Counted from the stretch's first letter, positions 1 to 12,987 are shown. The stretch is 64,000 nucleotides of DNA from Hemiscyllium ocellatum (GCF_020745735.1 NC_083419.1:70944096-71008095); one strand, 5' to 3'. Numbers and translations are program-made. The notes: generated by a model from the sequence alone, not told the origin.

Positions 1-420
1 ATGCCTGGAGGAAGAACGCCTCATCTCCCACCTCAGAACACTTCAGCCATTTCCTCATTTCCCCTTCCCTCACCTCACCCTAGTTCCAAACTTCCAGCTC
101 AGCACTATCCCCATGACTTGTCCTGACTTGTCCTACCTGCCTATCTCCTTTTCCACTTATCCACTCCACCCTCTCCCCCCCGACCTATCACCTTCATCCC
201 CTCCCCCACTCACCTATTGTACTCTATGCTACTTTCTCCCCACCCCCACCCTCCTCTCACGTATTTCTCCACCCTTCAGGGTCTCTGCCTGTATTCCTGA
301 TGAAGGACTTTTGCCCAAAACGTCAATTTCGCTTCACTTTGGATGCTGCCTGAACTGCTTTGCTCTTCCAGCACCACTAATCCAGAATCAGGTTTCCAGC
401 ATCTGCAGGCATTTTTTTTA
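1..420 (+). mobile_element. 3' end of a Penelope-like element (GIY-YIG tail plus pLTR with degenerate hammerhead motif)
   Basis: CLEEERLI-type end of the GIY-YIG region, ttcctgatgaaggacttttgcccaaaacgtc at about 294-324, and the typical ggatgctgcctga...ccagcatctgcag terminus. Confidence 0.85.
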
Positions 421-911
421 CCTAAGGGTTTTGTGGTCAACATTACTGACATAATTGCACATGTTTATTAAATTGAAGTTTTGACACCTGTCATTGATAC
501 GATTCACCCCGGATCCAGGATAATAGTTGGGAAGTATCTGAATATGAGCCAGTTTGATGGCTGGCCTCCTGGTTGATTCAGAAGCCAACTTGACATTTCT
601 GTACCAATATTAAAATAGAGGTTTAAGATTTATTATTTAATCATTGAGTATAATGTTATTTTGTCTCTATTTGATTCCAAGAAAATCGGAACACAGACAG
701 ACTGAGTGAGGGCTGTCAACTCCATGAACTTGAATCCTATCTGAACGATTGTGAGATCACCCAATCCGATCCTGATTGAGATAGATTCGTGACTTCGCTT
801 AGTACATTGTTTAAAGGAAATATAGATGAGCAGAGTAAATTGTTTTCCCACGCAAAAGAAAGTATCACATAGAAAAGCAGAAACATTATTTACATGTGTG
901 TGATGTTTATC

Positions 912-1000
912 TTGAGTGTGTGTGTGTGTGTTTGTGTGTGTGTGTGAGAGAGAGACAGACAGACAGACAGAGAGAGAAGGGGAGAGGGAGAGAGAGATAT
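912..1000. repeat. Compound microsatellite (TG)n(AG)n(ACAG)n
   Basis: Read directly from the sequence. Confidence 0.95.
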
Positions 1001-1003
1001 AGA

Positions 1004-2100
1004 ATCATAGAGATGTACAACACAGAAACAGTCCCTTTGGTCCAACTCATCCAGATATCCTCAGTTAATCCCATCCCATTTGCCAGCACTTGGCCCACAC
1101 TAAACCCTTATTGTTTGTATACCCATCTGATGCCTTTTAAATGTTGCAATTGTACCAGCCTCCACCACTTCCTCTGTTAGCTCATTCCATACACGCACCA
1201 CTCTCTGCATGAACAAGTTACCCCTTAGGTCCCTTTTAAATTTCTCCATGTTCATGCCCCTCATGATTTTATAAATCTCTATAAAGTCACCCCTCAGCCC
1301 CCGATGCTCCAGGGAAAACAGCCCCAGCCTATTCAGCCTCTCCCTACAGCTCAAATCTTCCAACCTTGGCAACATCCTTGTAAATCTTTTCTGAACCCTT
1401 TCAAATTTTACAACATCCTTCTGATAGGAGGGAGACCAGATTTGCATACAGTATTCCAAAAGTGGCCTAATCAATGTCCTGTACAGATGTAACATGACCT
1501 ATCAACTATTATAGTCAATGCACTAACCAATAAAGGAATGTATACCAAACACCTTCTTCACTCTCCTAGCTGCCGGCGACTTTCGAGGAACTATGAATCT
1601 GCGCTCCAAGGTCTCTTTGTTCAGCAACAAACCCATTAGTGTATAACTCATGCTCTGATTTGCCTTTCCAAAACATAGCACCTCACATTTATCTAAATTA
1701 AACTCTATCTGCCACTCCTTGGCCTGTTGACCCATCTGAACAAGATCCTGTATACTCTGAGGTAACCTCCAATTTTGGTGTCATCTGCAAACTTACGAAC
1801 TACATCAGCTATTTTCTTATCCAAACCATTTATGGAAATGATGAAAAGCAATGGAACCAACACTGATCCTTGTGGCACACCATGGATGACAGGCCTCCAG
1901 TCTGAAAAGCAACCCTCCATCACCAACCTCTGTCCGCTAGCTTTGAGCCAGTTCTGCATCCAAATAGTTAGTTCTCCCTGCATTCCATGGTATCTAATCT
2001 TGCTAATCAGTCCACATGAAGACCCTTGTTGAATGCCTCACTGAAGTTCATGTAGATCACGGCCACTGCTCTGCCCTCATCAATCCTCTTCACACTCACA
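1004..2100 (-). mobile_element. 5'-truncated, degenerate CR1 LINE (RT C-terminus and 3' end)
   Basis: Minus-strand ORFs with [33 protein letters not shown] and LFSLE..LRGD. The tail reads (TTCTA)-like at about 1004-1012. Confidence 0.9.
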
Positions 2101-2104
2101 GAGT

Positions 2105-3575
2105 CATGCCGGCTATCGCTAAACAGTCCTTGCCTTCACACGCTCAATGGCTTCCGCCACCCCTACTGCTGTGGTCACCATCACTTCCGCCCCCACCAGC
2201 GCCAGTCACCTACATTCTGCTGACATGCCCCCCACAGACCCCACTGTCACTATCCCCACCCCCCAGAACCCCAAGGGGAACACTACCCCTGCTCATGACT
2301 CCGCCCCCACTCCCAGTTCCACATCCACACCAGATCCCAGCTCCCAGCCCTGCCGAGTTTTCACCATCCCTCCAGACCTTCCCCTCACTGAGGACGAATG
2401 ATCAGTCCTAAGCAAAGGACTCACCTTCATCATCCTCCACCCACGCATCAATGAATTTAATACACGCCGTGACGTCGAACAATTCTTCCGTCGTCTCTGC
2501 CTCTGAGCTTACTTTCACAATTAGGTCTCCCGCCCACCTTCCGAGGACCCCTTCGCCCACCTCCAACACACTGCATCCACCTGGACACCCCATGCTGGCC
2601 TATTACCCGCCCTCGACATCTTCATTTCCAACTGCCGCTGGGACATTAACCGCCTCAATCTGTCTACCCCCCTCCCCCACTCCAACCTCTCACCCCCACA
2701 ACGCACAACCCTCCAATCCCTCTGCTCCAATTCCAACCTCATCATTAAGCCAGCGGATAAAGGGGGCGCAGTGGTAGTCTGGCGCACTGGCCTCTACAAT
2801 GCTGAAGCCAAATGCCAACTCGAGGAACCTCTTCCTACTGCCCCCTCGACCATGACCCCACCCCCCATCACCAAAACCATCATCTCCTAGATCATACAGA
2901 ACCTCATCACTTACTTCTCTCCAAGGCCCCAAGAGATCCTTCCACATCCACCACAAATTAATCTGCACCTCCACACACATCATATATTGCATCCGTTGCA
3001 CCCGATGTGGCCTCCTGTATATTGGGGAGACAGGCCGCCTACTTGCGTAACGTTTCAGAGAACACCTCTGGGACACTCGGACCAACCAACCCAACCACCC
3101 CATGGCTCAACACTTTAACTCCCCCTCCCACTCCACCAAGGACATGCAGGTCCTTGGACTCCTCTATCGCCAGACCATAACAACATGACAGTTGGAGGAA
3201 GAGAGCCTCATCTTCCGCCTGGGAACCCTCCAACCACAAGGGATGAACTCAGATTTCTCCAGTTTCCTCATTTCACCTCCCCCACCTTGTCTCAGTTGAA
3301 TCCCTCGAACTCAGCACCGCCTTCCTAACGTGCAATCTTCTTCCTGACTCTCCACTCCCACCCCACTCCGGCCTATCACCCTCACCTTGACCTCCTTCCA
3401 CCTATCACATCTCCATCGCCCCTCCCCCAAGTCCCTCCTCCCTACCTTTTATCTTAGCCTACTGGACACACTTTCCTCATTCCTGATGAAGGGCTTATGC
3501 CCGAAACATCAAATTTCCTGTTCCTTGGATGCTGCCTGACCTGCTGCGCTGTTCCAGCAACACATTTTCAGCACT
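2105..3575 (+). mobile_element. Internally deleted Penelope-like element
   Basis: Pro/Thr-rich N-terminal region, ADKGGAVVVW RT motif, a deletion, then the YCIRCTRCGLLYIGETGR GIY-YIG motif and a pLTR with a hammerhead-like motif at about 3477-3512. Confidence 0.88.
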
Positions 3576-3907
3576 TTCACCTGAACTAGACCAATATCTG
3601 GTGGGGAGATTTGCTCGTTCTATTTCAGGAGATTGCAAGATTTGAGAGGGGTGGGGCGGGGGCTTTCTGAACAACAGTGAAAATAGAAAGAAAGATGACA
3701 ATGATTCTGAATCAGAAAATAGCACGTTCTTTCGAAAGGACAGTCAAGAACAAATCAGAGAACAAAGGAACACTGAACACTTAAACTGCATTTATTTCAA
3801 TGCAAGAGGTCTCATGGATAAGGCCGATGAACTCAGGGCATGTAAGGGAACATTGGCCTGGGATGTCATTGCTATTACAGAAACATGGCTGAGGAATGAA
3901 AAAGACT

Positions 3908-4062
3908 AGAGTGGTGCTGGAAAAGCACATCAGGTCAGGCAGCAGCCGAAGAGCAGGCAAATCGATTTTCCTGCTCCTTGGTTCTGCCTGACCTGCTGTT
4001 CTTTTCTAGCACCACTCTGATTTTGACTCTAATCTCCAGCATCTGCAGTACCCATTTCTGCC
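3908..4062. mobile_element. Fold-back mini-element made of inverted PLE pLTR ends, with a 14-bp TSD
   Basis: Imperfect palindrome 3908-4018 centred on TC|GA at 3963/3964. TSD gaatgaaaaagact (3894-3907) / gaatggaaaagact (4063-4076). Confidence 0.8.
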
Positions 4063-5687
4063 GAATGGAAAAGACTGGCAGCTCAGTGTTCTGGGTTTGA
4101 GATGGTACAGGAAGGACAGAAAGAGGCAAGGCAGGGGAAGGGCTGGCATTTTTGATAATTACTCCTGTAATTAGAGAAGGTATTTCTGACGGATCATTTA
4201 GTGAAAATATATGGGTTCAAATTAGAAATAAGAAAGGGATGATCACCTTGGTGGGGTTTTATATCGGCTCCCCAATAGTCAGAGGACAATTGAGAAGCAG
4301 ATATCTAGAGAGATCTCAAATATATGGAAGAATAATAAGTTTGTGATAGTAGGGGATTTTAATTTTCTAAACATTGACTCAGACTGCCATGGTGTGAAAG
4401 TTTTTGATGGTGAAGAACTTGTTCAATTACAAGAAAATGTTTGCTATAAATATATAAATCTTCCTACGCGAGGCGGATCAAAACTTGACCTTCTCTTGGG
4501 AAATAAGGCAGGGCAAGTGACTGAAGTGTGAGTCAGGGAACACTTTTGGACCAGTGATCGTAATGCCAGTAACTTTAAAATAGTTGTGTAAAAGGATAAA
4601 AGTTAAAGTTCTTAATTGGAGTGAGACAAATGGGTATGAAAGGGTATGAAACAAAAACTTTCAAAAGTTGATTGGAGCGGAATGATCGCTGGTAAAAGGA
4701 TGACTGACAAGTGGGAGGCCTTCCAATGTGTGATAACAAGAGTTCAGAAGCATTCTGTTCCTGTTAGAGTGAAAGGCAAGGCTGGTAAGATTAGGGAACA
4801 CTGCATGAATAAAGATGTTGAAGTTCAAGTCAAGAATAAAGATAACTATCCATTAGAAAGACAAGTGGGATCAACTGAATGTCTTGAAGAGTGTAAAGAG
4901 TGTAGGGGCATTCTTCAGAAGGAAATGAGGAAGGCAAAGAGGGGACAGGAGATAGCCTTGGCAGATAGTGTAAAAATTATCCAAAGAGGTTCCATAAATA
5001 CATTGAGTGAGGGAGCAACTGGAGAGAGAGTAGGATCCCTTAAAGACCAACGAGGTTGTCTTTATGTTGAACCTCAAGAGATGTGAGGGATATAAAAAAT
5101 ATTTTGCATCCATTTTTATTGTTAGGAAAGAAATAGAGGCTGGAGAAATCAGGGCTATAAGTATTGATGTTTTGGAAGAAGTGCTGGAGATCTTAAAAAA
5201 CATAAAGATAGATAAACCTGATCAAGTGTGTCCTAGGACGTTGTGGGAAGTTAGAGAGAAAATTATACGGCCCCAAACAGAATATTTGTATCATCTATAG
5301 ACTATGGGGAAAGAACTGGAGGATTGGTGTATGGCTAGTATGTCATTGTTTAAGAAGGGATGTGAGGAGAAACCTGGGAACTATCGACCTGTGAGCCTGT
5401 CCTTGGTGGTGGGTAGGGTTTTAGAGATGATCCTGAAAGATAGGATTTACAGGGGTTGGAGAGGAAAGGATTGATTAGAGATAGTCAGTCTGATTTAGTG
5501 TGAGCAAAATCATGTCTCACATTTGATTGGGTTTGTTTTTGGAAGTAACCAAAATGATTGATGAGGACAGAGAGTTAGATGCTGTTTTCTTGGCCTTTAG
5601 TAAAGCCTTTGATGAGGCTCTGCATGTTCGACTAATTGGTAAAGCTAGATCACATAGGATTCAGGGTGGACTTGCCAACTGAATACA

Positions 5688-5878
5688 TTCAAAGTTTGTG
5701 AGAAGATTTGTAGCTCAGGTGCTCGTTGTTGTGGTTCTGTTCGCCGAGCTGGGAGTTTTTGTTGCAAACGTTTCGTCCCCTTTCTAGGTGACATCCTCAG
5801 TGCTTGGGAGCCTCCTGTGAAGCGCTTCTGCGCTGATTCCTCCGGCATTTATAGTGGTTTGAATCTGCCGCTTCAGTA
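5688..5878 (-). mobile_element. Short PLE-type terminal-repeat fragment (same family as 54611-54915) inside CR1
   Basis: Closely matches the left arm of the 54.6-kb hairpin (ctgttcgccgagctgg..gcaaacgtttcgtcccc). Confidence 0.8.
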
Positions 5879-7688
5879 GGTTAGGATAGTTTTCATTAGA
5901 AAAAAGGAGATTGAGGGGAGACCTGATTGAGGTCTACAAAATCATGAAGGGTATAGACAGGAGAGACAGAGATAAGCTTTTTCCCAGAGTGAAGGATTCA
6001 ATAACATGAAGTCACGCTTTCAAGGTGAGAGGTGAAAAGTTAAATGGGGATATATGCGGCAAGGACTTCACACAGAGAGCGGTGGGTGTCTGGAACACGT
6101 TGCCAGCAGAGGTTGTAGAGGCAGGCACAGTAAATTCATTGAAGATGCGTCTGGACAGATGCATGAGTAGGTGGGGAGTAGAGGGAGAGAGATGCTTAGG
6201 AAATGGGCAACAGGTTTAGACAGAGGCTTTGGATCAGCTCAGGCTTGGAGGGCCGAAGGGCCTGCTCCTGCGCTGTAAATGTTTTGTTCTTTGAAGGGAA
6301 AATGGCTGCCAGAACCTGTTTGAAATATGTCACTGAAAGCCCCCTCTCTGCCCAAGTCCCAGCTCATCCACTCAGCTCCCAGCTCCCTCTACCCAGGGCA
6401 TACCTCCCCCAGGGATGGGGCACAGCCAGAGCCATCTCAGTGGGATTAGAGGGGGGACGGAGGGAGGAGGTGTGAGAGAATGCAGCAGGTAAACAGTTTC
6501 ATCCAGTCTGCCTTTGTCTACTCCTACTCTGCATTTTATTGTCTTGGAATAAAGAACAAATGTATTTTCAAACTGATCAAATTCCTTTTGTCTTTGAGGT
6601 TTCTTATTAATTATTGTAAAAAAAATCTCAATTTGAGATTGCCAGGAATCTAATCCAGGTCACCTGTTTTGAAGACAGCTACACTAACCAGGATAGCACC
6701 ATCACTGTGCACTTTAACACAGCACAGTCCCCAAACATAGTTAAAAAGACCTTTATCATGACAAATCAAACAGAGTTCATATTGATTCACTGAAAGTGAT
6801 ATTGGGTCAGGTGACGATAGCTTATATGAAGAGGTAGATTTGAAGGAGCATCTGAAATCGGAGAGGGAGCTGGGTCATGGGTGGGTGCAGAGAGGGAGTC
6901 CAGAAATCCCTCTGGTTGGGCTTGGATTCCCCCGGCAACACATCAGCTGGTTCATGGAAAGGAACAAATAAAGAAACGGGATGATGTCAGAGAACTGGTT
7001 TAGTCCAGACTGCCTTTGTCTCCTCCTGCTTTGCATTTTATTGTTTTAGAATGAAAGCCACATGTATTCACAAACTGATCCAATTCCTTTGTTCTTTGGG
7101 TTTCCTGTTGATCAATGTGAAAATCTAAAAGCGCGATTACCAGGAACCAACACGAGGAATTGAATGGAAACAAAGTAAATTATTGTTGAAAATAAAGGTG
7201 CAATCAAAAGACACAGAATCTTTTCAATATTTTATTCCCTTTTTCAACAGGAAACTTCTCGTGTGTTTTAATTTGCCCAGATGTGTGGCTCAGAGAATTC
7301 AGTGAGGAAGAGTGGCTAGGAGCCTGTCATTGCATTTCCCTCTCTCCTGCAGTGAACGATTACACCTTCCTCCACATCATTTATTTTTCTCACCTCTTCA
7401 CTCACTGAGAACGGATTCCCTGGTATAAATGTAGCTTTTGTGTATATTTAATTCCTCTTTTGGTTTTGCTTCTGTTGTCCCACTTCCTACTAATTGTTGC
7501 TGATTACTGACAGCACTTTACCCTGGCTTTACACCTCCAGTCTCTTTCACTTTGCCCCTCAGATGGAGTCATTCCTTGCCCATTAGGAAAGGAGTGTTAT
7601 CATGTTGCTGCTCCTCCTTCTCCTTTCGGTCCATTCGTCACGTGGACTCCTCGTTCCGTTATCTGCTGCACCTAATGTTGGCTCTCAG

Positions 7689-9444
7689 TTACTTGGATTG
7701 ATTCACTAATTGAATTACTGTTCTAACTGGATATGTCATGGTATACTTTAACTGGTCTCTGAAATGTTTCTGCGTCACCACATAACTAAGGGCATTTGTG
7801 CAGCAACTTAAGTTCCTCAGCATGTATCCAATCTGAATAAAGAGATCAAAAGAAACAGAATCCAAGGAATAACCAGCATTAAAGAAATATAAAATATGCA
7901 ACAACCAGAGAAGTATGAAGCTGGCAGATATGGCAAAGAGTAAATTCACAGAATTCTTCCTGCTCTCTACCTCTGGATCATTCTCTGTTTTTCTCTGACC
8001 TCTCAGTTCCTTCCGCACCTTAATGGCCTCGAAGATATGTCTGACAGTCAGAATGTTGATAAAGACAATAAAAGTGAATGGGAACATTGGTGTTAAAAAA
8101 GTCTCAAAATATCTAAAACCTATCCACCGAGGGTCGTCATAATAACCAGGCCTGATATAACAGTACCATGGAACATTATTGATAATCTTTCCAGGGTAAT
8201 ACACAAAGGAGTTGGGAATGTTCTTTAAACAAAAGAAGACGCAGATTGTTGCCAGAACCTTGGTTGCAGTTTTCCCTGTGCAATACTTAGTTTTCATCTC
8301 ATGAAAACAATGGCGACAAATTGATCAAAGGAAAAAGCAATGATGAACCACGCAGAACAATAAATGCTAAAGCGGTTGAGGGCATAGATAACACCACAAA
8401 CAGGAGTGATTTGCAGGAAACACAATGGATAATAATATTTTCGAAATTGGTGAAGGATGATAAAAAAAACAATGAACAGTAGATCTGACATTCTCATGGC
8501 CACCAGGTAGCGAGTGCTGCACACAGAAAGACCACATTTGCACCGAGCTAAGATTATAATCACCACGAGACTAACTGTAAGAGAAAGGAAAAAATAGATT
8601 TGAAGTTACTAATGAAACATTCTCTGTGCATGAGCCCAGACTGTAAGTAATGACACAAAGATAATTGCTATTCCATGTTATATGAAGTTTAAAGAATCTC
8701 TCTCAACGAATCATTTGCTCTTTTAAAGGACACAGGGAAGAACATGAGCATCAGATTACTCACAGAAACATGGTCATATACTCAGGATGTTTTTGGGTCA
8801 GCAGCAGTCGATTTCGCCAGCTCCTCAGATGCAACCTTGCCTGCTGTGCCTTTTCCAGTACATCGCCCTATCAGCAGTCCCCATTATTTCCTAATTCCTA
8901 ATGACCTGCTGAACCCACCCATTGCCCTGTTGTCTCTGGGCTCCCATTTGGAGGGAGCTGCCTGAACAAGACCCACCAACACAATTCCTTTCCATCAAGG
9001 AATGGGAAACACCAGGTATCACTGTGAGGTGGGTTGTTACAAAACCCATCTGACCGATAGCAGGCTGTGAGCTACCACAGAGAGAGGGTGGTCTTCTGAA
9101 ACCCGTTCTTGACCAGCCAGGTCCGGTGCTCAGCCAAACCCCATCAATGTGGCCTCAGTGTAAACCATTCTGCACAGTACAGGGAAACCCACAATGCTGC
9201 ACATTACTGAGGAGCCTCCAAACTGACAAACTATTCACTTTAAACTCAGTCAGTGAGGACACTATTATCTGACAGTGGGATTTGCCGAGCTAAATGGAAA
9301 TATAATAATTTATCAGTTATCTGTAGAAATAAGGATGATTCAATGCAATGGTTTATATAAGTTGTTCCAACACTTACCAGGAACACCAACAGCAACAAGG
9401 ATGGTCTCATACACTCTACCAATCCTTTCCCTGAGAAGAAGCAT
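7689..9444 (-). pseudogene. GPR139-like class A GPCR, two exons (9444-9378, 8574-7689), with a 1-bp frameshift near 8300
   Basis: Exon 1 reads MLLLRERIGRVYETILVAVGVP|gtaagt. Exon 2 follows ttacag and reads xSLVVIIILARCKCGLS..YLVAM..SDLL..FSFDQFVAI, then shifts frame to MKTKYC..PWYC..FAISASFILLW..SCCTNALSY. Seven hydrophobic segments. Family assignment is from memory of the shark-expanded GPR139-like genes. Confidence 0.85.
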
Positions 9445-9545
9445 TTCGTTGTTTGTGACACAACCTTTCCCTTCCTGCTGCTGGCAATCTGTTGGAATTG
9501 GAGAATTCTCTCGGAGATGGAGCCGACACAGTTCCAGAGACTTTA

Positions 9546-9552
9546 TTTTATA
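9546..9552 (-). promoter_or_regulatory. Putative TATA box of the GPCR gene
   Basis: TATAAAA on the minus strand about 100 bp upstream of the ATG at 9444. Confidence 0.35.
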
Positions 9553-10139
9553 TTGTGTGGTATCTCCACTGGGAAACTGTGATTATATCTTCAAATTTTT
9601 TAACGCATTTTGAACAAACAAGTTATGACAGCAGGTTTATTTTAATGATGTGATAGCATTGAGATTTACAGCTATATTTGAATACCCCAAAGGCAGGATT
9701 GATCTGATCCTGTTAAGTCTCAAACATTTATGTTTTCAAGTAACAATACTTGCAATATTTCACTCACTATCAATCCTATCAATATCTAAATACCTTTTCA
9801 TATTCTTTTCAGTGATGACCTTCATTCTGCTGAGGTTATCCAGTCGTTCAACGCCTCATGCTGTTTTTTAATTTTTGAGAGCTGTTCTCCTGCACACTGT
9901 TATCCCACAGCTTTCCTTGTTAATTCAGTTACACGACTGATATGGGAATTCTCTCTGAGAATGAGTACTCTAACACAAAACCTGAAGCTGATACTGACTG
10001 CACCAACAGCTGGAACTTCCACTCGGTCACATTTTCTCAAAACAAATACAAAAATAATCAGAACCTTACATTCAAATTAAAAGAGTGATGGCATCATCCA
10101 GGACAGAGGTGGCCCTTCGCTCCATCGAGTCTGTATCTC

Positions 10140-10945
10140 TAAACTCACACTCAAAGCTACACAGGGCTGGGCAATGGGAAGCCTTCAAAAATGAGATAAT
10201 GAGAGTCCAGAGACAATATGTTCTTGTTCGGGTGAAAGGCAAGGCTGGTAGGTACAGGGAATACTGGATGAATTGAGAAATTGAGGTTTTATTTGAGAAA
10301 AAGAAGGAAACATATGTCAGGTATAGGCAGCAGAGAACAAGTGAATCCTGAGAAGAGTATAAATGCAGTAGGAATATACTTAAGAGGGGAATCAGGAAGG
10401 CAAAAACAGAACATGAGATAGCACTGGCAAATTGTGTTAAGGAGAATCCAAACAGATTCAATAAATACATTAAGGATAAAAGATTAACTGGGGAGACAGA
10501 GCCCTGCAAAGGTCAGCAAGGCAGCCCATGTGTGGAACCACAGGAGATGGGAGATACTAAACAAATATTTTGCATCAATGTTTACTGTGGAGAAGGTCAT
10601 GTAAGATATAGAATGTGGGGAAAGAGATGTTGACATCTTTAAAAAAGTTCATGTTACAGTGGACATCTCAAAATGCATAAAGATGGATAAATCCCAGGAC
10701 CTGATCAGGTGTACCCCAGAAATCAGTGAGAAGCAAGTAAAGTGATTGCTGGGCCTCTTGCTGAGATATTTGTATCATCGATAGTAATAGTTGAGGTGCT
10801 GGAAGGCTGAATGTGGGCTAATGGGGTGCCACTATTTAAGAAAGGTGGTAAGGAAAAGCCAGGGATCTATAGACCAGTGAGCCTGATTGATGGTGGAAAA
10901 GTTGATGGAGGTAATCCTAAGGGATAGGGTTTACATATATTTGGA
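10140..10945 (+). mobile_element. CR1 ORF2 internal fragment
   Basis: WEAFKNEIMRVQRQYVLVRVKGKAGR, plus VPLFKKG and YRPVSL-like segments. Confidence 0.85.
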
Positions 10946-10949
10946 TCAG

Positions 10950-12862
10950 TGATGCTGGAAGAGCACAGCAGTTCAGGCAGCATCCTAGATGCAGCGAAAT
11001 TGACGTTTCGGGTAAAAGCCCTTCATCAGGAATAAAGGCAGTGAGCTGGAAGTGTGGAGAGATAACCTAGAAGAGGGTGGGGGTGGTGACAAAGTAGCAT
11101 AGAGTACAATGGGTGAGTGGGGGAGGGGATAAAGGTGATAGGTCAGGGAGGAGAGGGTGGAGTGAATAGGTGGAAAAGGAGATAGGCAGGTCAGACAAGT
11201 CAGGACAAGTCATGGGGACAGTGCTGAACTAGAAGCTTGGAACTAGGGTGAGGTGAGGGAAGGGGAAATGAGAAAACTGTTGAAGTGTTCCGAGGTGGAA
11301 GATGAGGCGTTCTTCCTCCAGGCATCTGGTGGTGGAGGAGCTGCTGTGAAGGAGGCCCAGGACCTCCAAGTCCTTGGCAGAGTGGGAGGGGGAGTTGAAA
11401 TGTTGGGCCACAGTGCGGTGTTGTTGATTGGTGCGGGTGTCTCAGAGATGTTCCCTAAAGCGTTCCGCTAGGAGGCGTCCAATCTCCCCAATGTAGAGGA
11501 GACCGCATCGGGAGCAACGGATAAATAAATGATATTGGTGGATGTGCAGGTAAATCTTTGATGGATGTGGAAGGCTCCTTTAGGGCCTTGGATGGAGGTG
11601 AGGGAGGAGGTGTGGGCGCAGGTTTTGCAATTCCTGCGGTGGCAGGGGAAGGTGCCAGGATGGGAGGGTGGGTTGAAGGGGGTGTGGACCTGACTAGGTT
11701 GTCACAGAAGGAACGGTCTTTGTGGAAGGTGGAAAGGGGTGGGGGGGAAATATATCCCTGGTGGTGGGGTCCGTTTGGAGGTGGCGGAAATGTCGGCGGA
11801 TGATTTGGTTTATGCAAAGGTTGGTGGGGTGGAAGGTGAGCACCAGGGGCATTCTGTCCTTGTTAAAGTTGGAGGGGTGGGGTTTGAGGGCGGAGGTGCG
11901 GGATGTGGACGAGATGCGTTGGAGGGCATCTTTAACCACATGGGAAGGGAAATTGCGGTCTCCAAAGAAGGAGACCATCTGGTGTGTTCTGTGGTGGAAC
12001 TGGTCCTCCTGGGAGCAGATACGGCGGAGGCAGAGGAATTGGGAATACAGGATGGCATTTTTGCAGGAGGTAGGGTGGGAAGAGGTGTAATCCAGGTAGC
12101 TGTGGGAGTCGGTGGGTTTGTAAAATTGTCAGTGTCAAGTCTGTCATCATTAATGGAGATGGAGAGGACCAGAAAGGGGAGGGAGGTGTCAGAGATGGTC
12201 CAGGTGAATTTAAGGTCAGGGTGGAATATGTTGGTGAAGTTGATGAATTGCTCAACCTCCTCGTGGGAGCACGAGGAGGCGCCAATGCAGTCATCAATGT
12301 TGCGGAGGAAGAGTTGGGGAGTGGTGCCGGTGTAATTACAGAAGATCGACTGTTCTACGTAGCCAACAAAGAGACAGGCATAGCTGGGACCCATACGTGT
12401 GCCCATGGCTACCTCTTTGGTCCGGAGGAAGTGGGAGGATTCAAAGGAGAAAGTGTTAAGGGTGAGGACCAGTTCAGCCAAACGAATGAGAGTGTCGGAA
12501 GGGTACTGTTGGGGACGTCTGGAGAGGAAAAAACAGATGGCTTGGAGGCCCTGGTCATGGCGGATGGAGGTGCAGAGGGATTGGATATCCATGGTGAAGA
12601 TGAGGCATTGTGGGCCCGGGAAACGGAAGTCTTTGTGGAAGTGGAGGGCTTGGTTGGTGTCTCGAACGTATGTGGGGAATTCCTGGACAAGGCGGGATAG
12701 GACAGTGTCGAGGTAGGTAGAGATGAGTTCAGTGGGGCAGGAGCATGCTGAGACAATGGGTCGGCCGGGGTGGTCGTGGATCTTGGGAAGGAGGTAGAAC
12801 CGGGCAGTGCGGGGTTCCCGGACTATGAGGTTGGAAACTGTGGGTGGGAGATCTCCTGAGGT
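10950..12862 (-). mobile_element. Penelope-like element, 3' half (RT, Cys-rich linker, GIY-YIG, pLTR)
   Basis: ORF 11810..12592 has MDIQSL, AMGTRMGPSYA and a YIDD variant (NIDD). PCHRRNCKTC linker, GIY-YIG, and a hammerhead motif at 10998-11033 (minus). Confidence 0.93.
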
Positions 12863-12987
12863 GATAGAACATAGAACATAGAAAGATACAGCGCAGTACA
12901 GGCCCTTCGGCCCTCGATGTTGCGCCGACCGAATCCTACCTAACCTACACTAGCCCAATAACTTCCAAATGCCTATCCAATGCCCGC

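Larger units (their letters stand above)
1..4662 (+). repeat. Segmental duplication copy A, near-identical to 59338-64000
   Basis: The ORF track repeats at offset 59338 (e.g. 633..851 vs 59971..60189, 4343..4531 vs 63681..63869). The only difference I saw is in a C-run near 237-250. Confidence 0.97.
3770..6290 (+). mobile_element. Degenerate CR1 LINE ORF2 (endonuclease to 3' end) with nested insertions
   Basis: CIYFNARGL, GDFNF, SDH-like and SKAFD fragments with many stops and frameshifts; 3' end at about 6290. Confidence 0.85.

Noticed and set aside
11739-12335. Long plus-strand Gly/Val-rich ORFs (also 12221-12700, 17511-17987, 18620-19063, 58314-58745)
   Set aside because: They are antisense shadows of C-rich PLE coding sequence.
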